From Candidatus Saccharimonadota bacterium (GTDB lineage Bacteria; Patescibacteriota; Saccharimonadia; Saccharimonadales; UBA4665), in NCBI GenBank assembly GCA_020427985.1, contig JAGQNR010000001.1:89784-153783 (forward strand): a stretch of 64,000 bases of DNA. The letters are read 5' to 3'. Under the pieces are notes generated by a model, which ran no database searches, was not told where the DNA came from, and worked only from the letters and a program-made list of their open reading frames with translations. Positions within the stretch are counted from its first letter, which is position 1, and every line of letters starts with the position of its first letter. Positions 1 through 9,574 of the stretch are shown here, piece by piece. A program made the translations under genes and the position numbers.

Positions 1-213
1 GCTGCCATTACCGCAGTAGCTATCGGTAGCTCTGCACTATTGGCATCTCAACACCCCCAAACTCGCGAATATATTCCTAGACATGTTGTTGAAGGCTCTG
101 ACGCAGTATTTTCGAATGTAGTAAAACTTATTGTTGGCGATTTGCCACCTATGATTCGTGATGGAGACCGTTCACAGCCTATAAAATTTGATATAGCACC
201 AAAAAACGTATAA
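1..213 (+). CDS. 3' end of a hypothetical protein gene (5' part lies outside the window)
   Basis: Frame 1 is open from base 1 to TAA at 211-213 (...IVGDLPPMIRDGDRSQPIKFDIAPKNV*). The next gene starts 7 nt downstream. No recognisable family. Confidence 0.35.
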   Translation, partial: AAITAVAIGSSALLASQHPQTREYIPRHVVEGSDAVFSNVVKLIVGDLPPMIRDGDRSQPIKFDIAPKNV

Positions 214-219
214 GAAAGA

Positions 220-597
220 GTGGGGACAATGATTCCAAAAAATAGTATGAGTGAATTTACTGACCTAGCACCAACCATATTGAGACAGAGATTGGTTATA
301 GAAGGATATCCTGAGAAGCCAATTACTGATGAGGATATTAAAGACTATTTAACAAAGCTCTCAGATGTCTGTGGGATGATAACGCTAATCCAGCCAGTTA
401 CACATTGTAGCGATACCTACGGATGGGCTGGGTGGATACACTGGGAAACGTCGGGTGCACATTTTTACGCATGGGATCAACCACTACTATTCTTTAGTGT
501 AGATGTATATACATGTAAAGCCTTCGACCCAAAGGTTGCGACAGAGTTTACTAAAAAGTATTTTAAAGCGAGTAAGGTAGCTACAAAGGAGTTCTAG
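220..597 (+). CDS. S-adenosylmethionine decarboxylase-like (pyruvoyl SpeH/SpeD-type fold) protein
   Basis: 125-aa ORF. By-eye match to the class-1 AdoMetDC core: GWAGWIHWETSGAHFYAWDQPLLFFSVDVYTC versus the family pattern G.SGVV.ISESH.TIHTWPE.GYA.ID.FTC. SD-like GAGTGGGG lies upstream. Confidence 0.45.
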   Translation: MGTMIPKNSMSEFTDLAPTILRQRLVIEGYPEKPITDEDIKDYLTKLSDVCGMITLIQPVTHCSDTYGWAGWIHWETSGAHFYAWDQPLLFFSVDVYTCKAFDPKVATEFTKKYFKASKVATKEF

Positions 598-1379
598 TGA
601 TGAGTCCAGAATATAAAGCCTCTCAAATTGAGATGGATGATATTGAGAGGACTATTGTTAACTTTGCGCGGTCTAAAACGAGCAAAGACGTAGCGGCAGT
701 GGTCGTGCCTCCAACAATAGTAGAAGCAAACTTCTGTAGAACAGGCGAACAGCAAACGTTCGACAAGCTTGGGGAGGGGTATGATTTTGCCGAGGGTATG
801 GCACCATATGAGAGCAGCTCAGTGTTTTTGTACACAGTCAATACCGAACATGGTCGCATTGCGCATGCCAAACGATTGGTTCACGCGAATGTTGATAACC
901 GCACGGATGGCCTAACGGGCATTGAACCCATCGACGACCGATTAACAGCAGGGGAAGAGTCTGAGCGAGCTGATTTGGATACCATATTGCGCGATTCTGA
1001 TTTAACAATGGATAGCCTCAGGACGGTTGTAAATGTCGCTACAAACTTTACAACGAGACGTCTTTCTCCAAAAACGACAAAAGTACCCTATGCAACTCTA
1101 AGCTACCTCTCTGTATTTAAATATGTTACAGACGCCTCCCAGGGCAGAAATGCCGCAGCCATCCTGGCTTATCTTAACTCTGCGGCCAAAGATTCCCTCG
1201 GCCGCATAAAGGTCGAATCTCGTCTTCTAGGCGGGAAGCCATTTCACCTGCCCAAGAGTGATGGCAGCGGCTACGATGAGCGGTATGAGGCCGTAGTTAT
1301 ACCAGACTCAAGGCGTAACAAGGCAATATTTACGACCATGGGTCGTTTTGTAGGCATACCAGTCATAGACTATAAATAA
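597..1379 (+). CDS. hypothetical protein, translationally coupled to the AdoMetDC-like gene
   Basis: 260-aa ORF. GTG 597 / ATG 600 overlaps or abuts the upstream stop (TAGTGATG). No recognisable catalytic motif. Confidence 0.55.
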   Translation: MMSPEYKASQIEMDDIERTIVNFARSKTSKDVAAVVVPPTIVEANFCRTGEQQTFDKLGEGYDFAEGMAPYESSSVFLYTVNTEHGRIAHAKRLVHANVDNRTDGLTGIEPIDDRLTAGEESERADLDTILRDSDLTMDSLRTVVNVATNFTTRRLSPKTTKVPYATLSYLSVFKYVTDASQGRNAAAILAYLNSAAKDSLGRIKVESRLLGGKPFHLPKSDGSGYDERYEAVVIPDSRRNKAIFTTMGRFVGIPVIDYK

Positions 1380-1421
1380 ACTAAACCCTCATGTTCGGTG
1401 AGTCTACCATAAGCAGTAAAG

Positions 1422-1430
1422 TGCTACAAT
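1422..1430 (+). promoter_or_regulatory. extended -10 element (TGcTACAAT) directly upstream of the kinase start codon
   Basis: TG at 1422-1423 and TACAAT at 1425-1430. The GTG start at 1437 lies 6 nt downstream with no SD, so the architecture looks leaderless. Confidence 0.4.
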
Positions 1431-1436
1431 TGTGAT

Positions 1437-3674
1437 GTGAAGTATTTACTGTTGATGGCGATGGCACTCATGCAGGCCGTGCTAGGTGTGATTTTATGGT
1501 ATAAAAGACACGACAGAATTAGTCGAACCTTTACGTACTTTACTTCTGCACTGCTAGTATGGACGTTCGTCAATATTACTCTGGACTACCTCACGCATAT
1601 GACATATGACCAGAGTATTGCAGATGGTCGATTAGGAATAGTTAATATATTAAACACGGTAGGATTCTTCTTCGCGAATATAATCCTATTGTTGCTTTAT
1701 GAATCCGTCACGGCCGCTCTCGGTGTTCGTAATGCTAAAGACATAAAGACAGTGCGTATAGTTGGCCTTAGCTTTGCGCTGGTCTCATTGTTGCCAGTCT
1801 TTTCGGGTAGTTTTTCCATCACAAGCGCAAAGTTTACATATCACTATGGCCCTGCAGCACTATTGCTGGTTCCGTATTTTGCAATACTATGTTGGAAAAC
1901 GATTCGCCTCGGTATTAAGAAGCTCAAATCAAAGTTAACTCCGCGCGAGCGCCAACAGGTCATGATGGTTCTGACTGGGTTGCTGGCATCGGCTGCATGG
2001 GGGATTGTATTCATAATACTCATACCCTCGTTCACTAAGAACGACGATCTGCTTTTTATTGGCTATATGGCGCCTTATATATTTACGCTACTCATGTATT
2101 ACGGCATTATCAGATTGGGTTTTCTAAACTTCCGACAGATTATAGCTCGCTCCATCGGCTATATGTTCTCATTGCTTGGCCTAGGCTTGATATTTGTTAT
2201 TATCGTTAACGTTGTTATCAGATTTGTATTGCACGATAAACTTTCTATTGCGGAGGTAATAATATTCACGATATTTAGCTTTATGATGGCAATAGGTTTT
2301 CAGCCAGCAAAGAGATATTTCGACAAGCTAACTAATGAAATATTTTATAGAGATGCGTATGACCCACAGTTACTTTATGACCGACTTAATAGATTACTCG
2401 TGTCAAGTCTTGATATAAAATATGTTTTGGATTACAGCGCAGAGATAATTGCAGGGAGCTTGCGTTCTGAATACTGTCAGATAAACCTCTTTGATGAAGA
2501 CAACACTATAAGAAGTTTTGGCTCGGAGAAAGTGCATATACCATTTGAGGTATTTGACTTCTTTCGTTCATTTGCGCCGAAGTCTAGGAAGCAGGCTTTT
2601 ATGGTTGATAATCTTGATAAGCACCAAACTGAAAAGCTAAAAAACCTTATGCTAGAACGAAATATTGCTGCACTAATACCTCTGTGGCAAAGGGGGGGTA
2701 AGACTAGCGACACGATTGGGTACATAGTACTAGGTTCAAAAAGGTCGGGAAGCCCATATAGCGAGTACGACATGAATACACTGGAAACTATCGCCAATGA
2801 GCTCATACTTGCTATCCAGAATACTATGCACTTTGAAGAGATTCAGCAGTTCAACCTAACACTGCAAGAACGAGTCGAGGACGCAACACGCAAACTGCGT
2901 GTCACTAACGAAAAACTCAAAAAGCTTGACGAGACCAAGGACGAGTTTATTAGCATGGCCTCACACCAAATGCGTACGCCCCTTACCAGTGTAAAAGGCT
3001 ATTTAAGCATGGTTCTCGATGGTGACGTTGGCAAGCTTAACAAGCAGCAAGAAGAGCTGCTTAAGCAGTCGTTTTTAAGCAGTCAACGTATGGTCAACCT
3101 TATTTCTGACCTACTCAACCTGTCGCGGCTTAACACGGGCAAATTTGTAATAGATGCGACCAGTGTTGATTTGCGTGATGTGGTAGAACAAGAGCTTATG
3201 CAGCTGCGAGAAGTGGCAAAGTCGCGCGATATTGCGCTTGATTATACCCGGCCAGAGAGCTTCCCTGTGTTGCAGATAGACGAAAATAAAATGCATCAGG
3301 TGGTAATGAACTTTATCGACAATGCCGTGTACTATACGCCAAATGGTGGAACTGTATCGGTGAGCCTTGTCGAAACACCTACTACTATTGAATATCGCGT
3401 CAAAGACACTGGAATAGGGGTGCCCCGTGAGGTGCAGCGGCACTTATTTACCAAGTTTTATCGTGCCGAAAACGCTAAACGCGCTCGTCCAGATGGAACA
3501 GGGCTGGGGTTATTTATGGCCAAAAAGGTCATTGTGGCGCAGGGAGGCGCAGTTATATTTGAGAGTGAAGAGGGTAAGGGCAGCACCTTCGGCTTTCGCT
3601 TTTCCAAAGCAGTACTTGCAAGCGAGCAAGGGGTGGAAGCGGCTGCGGCAGCCAAGCTTGGTACTAAAAAATAG
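1437..3674 (+). CDS. membrane sensor histidine kinase (no cognate response regulator adjacent)
   Basis: 745 aa. The N-terminus has multiple TM helices. H-box SHQMRTPLTSVKGY, N-box MNFIDNAVYYTP, G-boxes DTGIGV and GTGLGLFMAK. Confidence 0.9.
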   Translation: MKYLLLMAMALMQAVLGVILWYKRHDRISRTFTYFTSALLVWTFVNITLDYLTHMTYDQSIADGRLGIVNILNTVGFFFANIILLLLYESVTAALGVRNAKDIKTVRIVGLSFALVSLLPVFSGSFSITSAKFTYHYGPAALLLVPYFAILCWKTIRLGIKKLKSKLTPRERQQVMMVLTGLLASAAWGIVFIILIPSFTKNDDLLFIGYMAPYIFTLLMYYGIIRLGFLNFRQIIARSIGYMFSLLGLGLIFVIIVNVVIRFVLHDKLSIAEVIIFTIFSFMMAIGFQPAKRYFDKLTNEIFYRDAYDPQLLYDRLNRLLVSSLDIKYVLDYSAEIIAGSLRSEYCQINLFDEDNTIRSFGSEKVHIPFEVFDFFRSFAPKSRKQAFMVDNLDKHQTEKLKNLMLERNIAALIPLWQRGGKTSDTIGYIVLGSKRSGSPYSEYDMNTLETIANELILAIQNTMHFEEIQQFNLTLQERVEDATRKLRVTNEKLKKLDETKDEFISMASHQMRTPLTSVKGYLSMVLDGDVGKLNKQQEELLKQSFLSSQRMVNLISDLLNLSRLNTGKFVIDATSVDLRDVVEQELMQLREVAKSRDIALDYTRPESFPVLQIDENKMHQVVMNFIDNAVYYTPNGGTVSVSLVETPTTIEYRVKDTGIGVPREVQRHLFTKFYRAENAKRARPDGTGLGLFMAKKVIVAQGGAVIFESEEGKGSTFGFRFSKAVLASEQGVEAAAAAKLGTKK

Positions 3675-4157
3675 CTTTTTCACTGTCATTCTAACTGCCA
3701 CAAGCGTCACCTTGTTAGCTCTGTTTCGAAGGTCGCGGAGGGGCCCTCGCCTTAGTTTTGTGCCGGACAAAAGTAGGCAAAAGTCTCGGCATGCCTTCAC
3801 CCCCTCGGTGATTGTCGTCTAGAGCGACAATGCGAAAAGTACTAGACAGGCATACGTACATATTCGCTGGTATTGTACTTTCAACTAACAATCAGTCCAG
3901 GGAGGTTGCGGGAATGCCATCTAAACCGCGGAGAGCTCTGAATCTTGGTGACTCAGGGTTCTATTAGCTCTACACTCTGAAGTCTTTGTCTTGGCTCACG
4001 GCTGTGCTCTTTGCTCTGATAACTTTTTCTAGGCTCTGCCCACTGTAGCTTAAGTGGAGAAGTGTGCTCTGATGGTTATTATTGAGCTCTAGGCAGGGAA
4101 AACATAAGCATTAATACAATTTTGTTGAAATTATTACAAAAAATACCATAAAAGCAC

Positions 4158-4186
4158 TTGACTTTAAGTGTTTATTGTGCTAAAGT
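4158..4186 (+). promoter_or_regulatory. sigma70-type promoter (TTGACT - 17 nt - TGcTAAAGT)
   Basis: -35 TTGACT at 4158-4163, 17-nt spacer, TG at 4178-4179, -10 TAAAGT at 4181-4186. It lies about 70 nt upstream of the SD-led ATG 4260. Confidence 0.5.
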
Positions 4187-4259
4187 TAAATTCATGTTTA
4201 GGAGTTTGTGAGGCCACACCTCACATAATCTGGCCCGTGTGGCCAAAGGAGTATGTTTT

Positions 4260-5444
4260 ATGAGTAATCCAGAAGTAGATCCAACGCTAGCCGTTTCGCC
4301 TGCGCCGTTGGGCGAGGGCACAGTTGTGCATGGTGCTGTTGCGGAGCATGGTAGCCACAATGGCCGAGCTAGGTTGCTGGCAGGAATCACGGCTGCTAGC
4401 TTGCTGGTAGGTGGAGTCGGATATAAACTATTTGGCGGCGAAGCTGAGGCAAAGGCTCAGACCAGTCCTGGCATCGGTGTCAACGTAGACGCAATGAATC
4501 CAAACGATTGTATCAATTTGCCAAAGTCAAACGACGCCTTGCTGCCAAATACACCACGAGGTCAGTTTGGCCCCAACTTAGACGACTATCCCTACACAGC
4601 CGAGGGCGTAACAGCTGCCTTTAAGTACTTCAACCAGCATCTGTGCCGTGACAATGAGTTTGCAGCCGCTACTATCGAGTACAGCCAGCACGGCGAGAAT
4701 GTGAAGGCCGCAGATGTTGATACGCGAGCCGATGCCTACCAGAACAATCCTGTTGCTATGTCTGGGGACATCAATACATTGCTTGGCAAGGTAAAGAATG
4801 TTGAGCTGCGAGAGATAAAGCAGCGATATGAGACACTATCAATGCAGGTTGGCGACAATGGCAACATACGCTCAGCAAAATTTGACTCGCCAAAACTTGT
4901 CGGTCAAGCACTTGTGCTCACAGTCAATAACGAAGATGGTACGACCAAAGAGTTGATGTTCCGCATTGTTTGTAATGAGCAGCCTGTTTCAGTTAAGGGC
5001 TTTAAACTTGTCCCGGTTACTCCGGCCCCCAGTGAAACGACTCCGGTATCAATTCCATCAGTAGGCCCATCACCAGAGCCTACACCAGGAAGCACCGGAT
5101 GTATTGTAGAGGCGAAGCCCAATGATGGAGAGTATGAATATGACTCAGTTAATTGTACGTGGAGAAAGGTCACGGACCCAACTGCTCGTGTGATGACAGG
5201 TGGCCAGCCAAACTACCAAGATCCCCAGACTCCTCGTGGTAACCAAGGCGTAGCTACACAACAGCCAGTAACAGTCCCAACACAGGCTCCAGCTCCTCGG
5301 CCAACCGTGCCACTGACGCCAAATACTCCACCACCACCCCCAGTAGACGGTGGCTACAACGGTGGCGCCTCGACTCCGACACCTAACGCCGTTGCGACAC
5401 CATTGCCAACGCCAACAGAAGTTTTGCCGTCTCCTGGCTGGTAG
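4260..5444 (+). CDS. membrane-anchored extracytoplasmic protein with Pro/Thr-rich C-terminus
   Basis: SD AAGGAG lies 8 nt upstream of ATG 4260 (in-frame GTG 4239 is also possible). There is a single TM helix LLAGITAASLLVGGVGY and a proline-rich tail (...PRPTVPLTPNTPPPPPVDGG...). Confidence 0.65.
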   Translation: MSNPEVDPTLAVSPAPLGEGTVVHGAVAEHGSHNGRARLLAGITAASLLVGGVGYKLFGGEAEAKAQTSPGIGVNVDAMNPNDCINLPKSNDALLPNTPRGQFGPNLDDYPYTAEGVTAAFKYFNQHLCRDNEFAAATIEYSQHGENVKAADVDTRADAYQNNPVAMSGDINTLLGKVKNVELREIKQRYETLSMQVGDNGNIRSAKFDSPKLVGQALVLTVNNEDGTTKELMFRIVCNEQPVSVKGFKLVPVTPAPSETTPVSIPSVGPSPEPTPGSTGCIVEAKPNDGEYEYDSVNCTWRKVTDPTARVMTGGQPNYQDPQTPRGNQGVATQQPVTVPTQAPAPRPTVPLTPNTPPPPPVDGGYNGGASTPTPNAVATPLPTPTEVLPSPGW

Positions 5445-5489
5445 CTTGATGAGCTTAGCTAGAATGCTTAAGCTTACTATAAAATATAG

Positions 5490-5518
5490 TTGACATTTTA
5501 AAGCGTTTGTGGTAAAAT
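5490..5518 (+). promoter_or_regulatory. near-consensus promoter (TTGACA - 17 nt - TGgTAAAAT)
   Basis: -35 TTGACA at 5490-5495, 17-nt spacer, TG at 5510-5511, -10 TAAAAT at 5513-5518. It predicts a 5' UTR of about 135 nt before ATG 5663. Confidence 0.6.
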
Positions 5519-5662
5519 GCTTACAGTATTATTTTCTCTCTACTCGTGAGGTGGGGATGAACGCAACTTAACAATCTTAAGTGAAGCACGAACTACCAGA
5601 GTAAGTAATTACTGGTAAACAGATTGTAACCAATAATCTTAAATAGATAATAGGAGAACACT

Positions 5663-7792
5663 ATGAAAGTTTCGAAGCTTTTTAATAGTCTCCCCAAGCG
5701 TTTGTTTGCCGCCGCTCTCGTCGCCCTCGCGACGCTGCTACCAGTGAGTACACTGGCTGCAGCGGTCAATATCGAGGGTGCAATGGGCGTCGCAAACGTC
5801 ACCGCTGGAGACACCAAATATAGCTCCACTGTCAGTGCAAGCTATAACCAAGTTGTTAAGTTCCAGGTGTATTACCATAACACCGAATTGCCAGACTCTG
5901 GCAAAATTGCACAGAACCTGCGTGTTAAGATAGACATTCCAACCGCAGCAGGCACTAGCCAAACTCAAACCGCTACCATTAGCGGCGACAACACCAACAC
6001 AGTCACATCACAGACCAAGGTTAACCTCGACCGTGCAGATGCGTACCTACAGTATCTGCCTGGTAGCGCCGTATGGCGCCACAACACGGGCACTAACGAA
6101 GCACCAGTGTGGACCGACACGGTCATTTCTGATGCGGTTGTAAATAGTGGGACCGGACTTGTACTCGAAAACGAAAAGCCTTGCTATAACTACTCGGCAA
6201 CAGTAACGGTCATGGCGCGAGTCATGGTACCTGGGGTCTCAGTTGACAAGCAAGTGCGCCTAAAGGGCACAACTGCCTGGGCTACGAGCATTACCGCGCA
6301 GCCAGGGCAAGATGTTGAGTATATGATTAGCTACAAAAATACCGGCAACGCCACCCAAGAGAACGTGGTCGTAGGCGACAAGCTCCCCGAGGGCGTTACC
6401 TATGTGCCTGGTACAACAAAGCTAGCCAACAGTTCTTTCCCTAGTGGCACTGCTATGCCCGATGGTATTACAACTGTGGGTCTTGTGATTGGTACATACC
6501 CCGCTGGTATTAATGCATTTGTAAAGTTTGAAGCAAAGCTGCCAGCCGAAGACAAGCTCGCATGTGGCGCTAATCAGCTCCGTAACGTAGCTACCGTGCA
6601 GCCAAAGGGCATGAACTACTACTACAACACGGCCGATGTCGTAATTAACAAAACCTGTGCACCCACACCTGTCTACAGCTGTGACGACCTAACTGTTGTT
6701 ACCGGCGACAATCGTACTGTAACGGCTACCGTTAAGTACACTGCCAAAGATGGTGCAACGTTTAAAAACGCAACCTTTACTTGGGGTGACAATGCCAGCA
6801 ACACTGTTGCTACGGCTACTACCACCCATCAGTACGCTAACTACGGCACCTACACCATTACAGTCAAGCCAACCTTTAGCGTGAATGGTGTCGACAAGAC
6901 TGCAGCTGACAACTCAGCTTGTAGCAAGAACGTGACCTTTACGCCACCAACCACCCCTAAAACACCTGGGGTCAAGATTGAAAAATCTGTTGCCAAGAGT
7001 CAGGTAGCTGTGGGCGAGAACTACAACTACACGCTCAAGGTAACGAACACCGGTGAAGTTGACTTAGCAAATGTTAAGGTGACCGATACACCAAAAGACG
7101 GCAGCAACATTCAGCTCGTAGATGCTAATGGTGTCGGTACTATTACCGACAATACCTGGGACTACACCATTGCGACCCTAAAAGTTGGTGAGAGCAAAAG
7201 CTTTACACTGACTGCTAAGGTCACAAAGTACACCGAAGGTAGCCTGGTAAACACTGCTTGCGTTAACGCGCCAGAAGTAAACCCAAGCGAACCAAACAAG
7301 CAGGATGATTGTGACGATGCAACGGTCACTGTACCAAAGCCAGAAGTACCAAAGCCTGTCTACCAGTGTGACGACCTAACGCTTACAATCGGCGACAACC
7401 GTACAGTAACTGCCACGGTCAAATACACTGCCAAAGACGGTGCAGCGCTTAAAACGGTCACCTATAACTGGGGCGATAACACCACTCCATTTATGACCGA
7501 CAAGACAAGTGCTTCACACACCTACACTACTGACGGGAGCTTTACCGTAAGCGTTCGATTGCTCTTTGGCCTAGGCGATGCCACTAGTGCCTACGCTGCT
7601 GACAACGTAAACTGCGTCAAAAAGGTCACCTTTACGCCCAATCAGCCCCCAGTAGTTACTCCAAACACTCCAGCGACTCCAGCCGTGTTGCCAAACACTG
7701 GTGCTGGTAGTGTCGCAAGTATCTTTACGATAGTTGCAATAGTCGGTACAGTTGCTCATCGATTGTTTCTTAGCCGCAAGCTTGCAAAATAG
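5663..7792 (+). CDS. LPXTG-type (LPNTG) cell-wall-anchored surface protein with DUF11-like and PKD-like repeats
   Basis: 709 aa. Signal peptide ending LAAAVN. DUF11-type repeat (VGENYNYTLKVTNTGEVDLANVKVTD). Duplicated ~92-aa module (PVYSCDDLTVVTGDNRTVTATVKYTAKDGA... at nt 6668-6943 and PVYQCDDLTLTIGDNRTVTATVKYTAKDGA... at nt 7355-7636). C-terminal LPNTGAG, hydrophobic helix and a short basic tail. Confidence 0.9.
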   Translation: MKVSKLFNSLPKRLFAAALVALATLLPVSTLAAAVNIEGAMGVANVTAGDTKYSSTVSASYNQVVKFQVYYHNTELPDSGKIAQNLRVKIDIPTAAGTSQTQTATISGDNTNTVTSQTKVNLDRADAYLQYLPGSAVWRHNTGTNEAPVWTDTVISDAVVNSGTGLVLENEKPCYNYSATVTVMARVMVPGVSVDKQVRLKGTTAWATSITAQPGQDVEYMISYKNTGNATQENVVVGDKLPEGVTYVPGTTKLANSSFPSGTAMPDGITTVGLVIGTYPAGINAFVKFEAKLPAEDKLACGANQLRNVATVQPKGMNYYYNTADVVINKTCAPTPVYSCDDLTVVTGDNRTVTATVKYTAKDGATFKNATFTWGDNASNTVATATTTHQYANYGTYTITVKPTFSVNGVDKTAADNSACSKNVTFTPPTTPKTPGVKIEKSVAKSQVAVGENYNYTLKVTNTGEVDLANVKVTDTPKDGSNIQLVDANGVGTITDNTWDYTIATLKVGESKSFTLTAKVTKYTEGSLVNTACVNAPEVNPSEPNKQDDCDDATVTVPKPEVPKPVYQCDDLTLTIGDNRTVTATVKYTAKDGAALKTVTYNWGDNTTPFMTDKTSASHTYTTDGSFTVSVRLLFGLGDATSAYAADNVNCVKKVTFTPNQPPVVTPNTPATPAVLPNTGAGSVASIFTIVAIVGTVAHRLFLSRKLAK

Positions 7793-7841
7793 CTCGGCCA
7801 AGAACGCTCCCCCCGAGCATGACTGACCGCTCGCACCTTAA

Positions 7842-7876
7842 CCCCCCACCTCCATATGTGAGCGTGGGGGGTTTGT
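7842..7876 (+). terminator. rho-independent terminator
   Basis: Stem CCCCCCAC (7842-7849) pairs with GTGGGGGG (7864-7871), with a 14-nt loop, followed by TTTGTGT. Confidence 0.6.
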
Positions 7877-7999
7877 GTATAAACAGGGTATACATGGTCG
7901 CAATTTTACTCAACAGAGTACCAGAGTACACTTGAACTTTGTAGTTTGATATGCCACAATTAACAACGTAAGTACTAATAATTAAAAGGATAAAAATAT

Positions 8000-9493
8000 A
8001 TGCGTAATCTCGTAATGCGTTTAGCGCCCAAAAAAGTGCTATCGCTCGCTGGTCTATTGCTTTTTGCACTCACGGCAATAGGAACAGCTACGTTCGTACC
8101 CAAGGTGTACGCGGGTGAGTGTGACAACAATGCGGTGTTCTACTGTGGGTTTACTTCCAGAAGTGAATTTATTTCGAGCGTACGCAACAACCAAGATGGC
8201 CTAGGACATCGTGACCTACAGTCTCTTTATGGCTATTTTGGCCTGGGGTCTGATAGTTATGACCGCTTTGCTTCTACGGCTCGCGACGGTACCGTGTACC
8301 GCGACGGTCGTGTGGTTGTTGACGGGCAAACTGTCATGACAAACGCTCAAACACTTGGACGTCAAAACTTTAATAGCACGCCGATAAATATCGGCGGTGG
8401 AACCTACTACTTAGGTGTACCGGCTAATCGCTGGAGTCCGGGTGTTTCGAGCTTTGGGGTCAAGGTACTGTTTGACGGTAATGGCACTCCTCAGTTTGTG
8501 GTGATGCCAGTTTGCGGTAACCCAGTGACTGGCGACAAGGTATCTTCGGGTGCAACCTGTAAAGGGCTTGTTATGTCGGATGTAGCCGGCAAGCCACTAC
8601 AAAAGACATTCACAACAAACGCTTCTGCCATGGGGCTCGCTTCGGTCACTAAAGTTGTGTATGACTTTGGCGATGGAACAACCCAGGAGGCTGCTAACCC
8701 TCTTACACCTATTACACATACCTACGCTAAGCCAGGTGAATATACTGCCAAAGTAACAGTGTATGCTAGTGCTCCGGGTGGCACGACTATTACCGCAACG
8801 AGTGCTGCATGTACCAAAAAAGTAAGCATTCCTGTGCCAGTAGCAAGCTGCGTAGCTTTGACAGGTGCTATCCTTAATAAAGATGAAATGTCGTATTCAT
8901 TTACGGCAACTGCCAAATTTGGCGACGGCGTCGTATTCGAAAGTGCCGACTTTGACTTTGGCGATGGAAAAACCGCTACCGGAGTGAAGCCATCGGGTAC
9001 TACCGTAACCACGACCCATAAGTACGATAAAGAAAGCAATTATACGGCTATAGCCGTGTTGAAGTTTAGCATCTATGGCGCTCCCAAGACCGCCGAAGCC
9101 TGTCGGGCAATTGTGCAGCCCAAACTGCCTCCGGTATCAGAGTGTAAGCCAGGCATCCCGGTAGGCGATTCGCGTTGTACACCATGTCCTTATGACGCCA
9201 CGCTCCCTGCAAATGACCCACGCTGTAGCGCGCCGCCTACTCCAACCACCGTATTGCCAAACACTGGTGCAGGCAATATTGTTGCAGTTGGCGCAGTAGC
9301 ACTTGTTGGAGGTTTTTTACTGTACCGACATTTGCTCTTCCGCAAACACAAAGCCGCATTTTTGGCAGCAGATAATGATACCTCGCCACTTCCATTGGCA
9401 CAGCCGCTAGAGTCAAGCAAGCCCCTCGCTGGGACCCCTCTAGCTGCAAAAGCAAAGTCGCGTCGACTTGGTCTACGCCGTCGCCAGTTCTAG
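8000..9493 (+). CDS. LPNTG-anchored surface protein with PKD domains
   Basis: 497 aa. Signal/TM segment LSLAGLLLFALTAIGTATF. PKD signatures (VVYDFGDGTTQEAANPLTPITHTYAKPGEYTAKVTV; FDFGDGKTATG...THKYDKESNYTA). LPNTGAG, a hydrophobic helix and an unusually long ~55-aa basic tail. Confidence 0.85.
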   Translation: MRNLVMRLAPKKVLSLAGLLLFALTAIGTATFVPKVYAGECDNNAVFYCGFTSRSEFISSVRNNQDGLGHRDLQSLYGYFGLGSDSYDRFASTARDGTVYRDGRVVVDGQTVMTNAQTLGRQNFNSTPINIGGGTYYLGVPANRWSPGVSSFGVKVLFDGNGTPQFVVMPVCGNPVTGDKVSSGATCKGLVMSDVAGKPLQKTFTTNASAMGLASVTKVVYDFGDGTTQEAANPLTPITHTYAKPGEYTAKVTVYASAPGGTTITATSAACTKKVSIPVPVASCVALTGAILNKDEMSYSFTATAKFGDGVVFESADFDFGDGKTATGVKPSGTTVTTTHKYDKESNYTAIAVLKFSIYGAPKTAEACRAIVQPKLPPVSECKPGIPVGDSRCTPCPYDATLPANDPRCSAPPTPTTVLPNTGAGNIVAVGAVALVGGFLLYRHLLFRKHKAAFLAADNDTSPLPLAQPLESSKPLAGTPLAAKAKSRRLGLRRRQF

Positions 9494-9574
9494 TACTAGC
9501 TTTTTCGGCCGCAATGTGCTATACTGGTAGGAATTGTTTGAGAGATCGTGACTGACCGCTCCAATTGCTTCGTA

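Noticed and set aside
3427-3822. ORFs 3427..3822 (+) and 3510..3800 (-) that extend past the histidine-kinase stop.
   Set aside because: Most of their length overlaps the kinase ATPase domain in another frame. They have no SD, and their composition is low-complexity and Arg-rich, which is typical of out-of-frame translation.
7820-9562. An identical 13-mer TGACTGACCGCTC sits between the stop codon and the terminator of both LPNTG genes (7820-7832 and 9550-9562). It could be a 3'-UTR motif.
   Set aside because: A 13-nt exact repeat is expected by chance tens of times among all position pairs in 64 kb. Only the similar placement is suggestive, and the flanks do not align. It was not reported as a feature.
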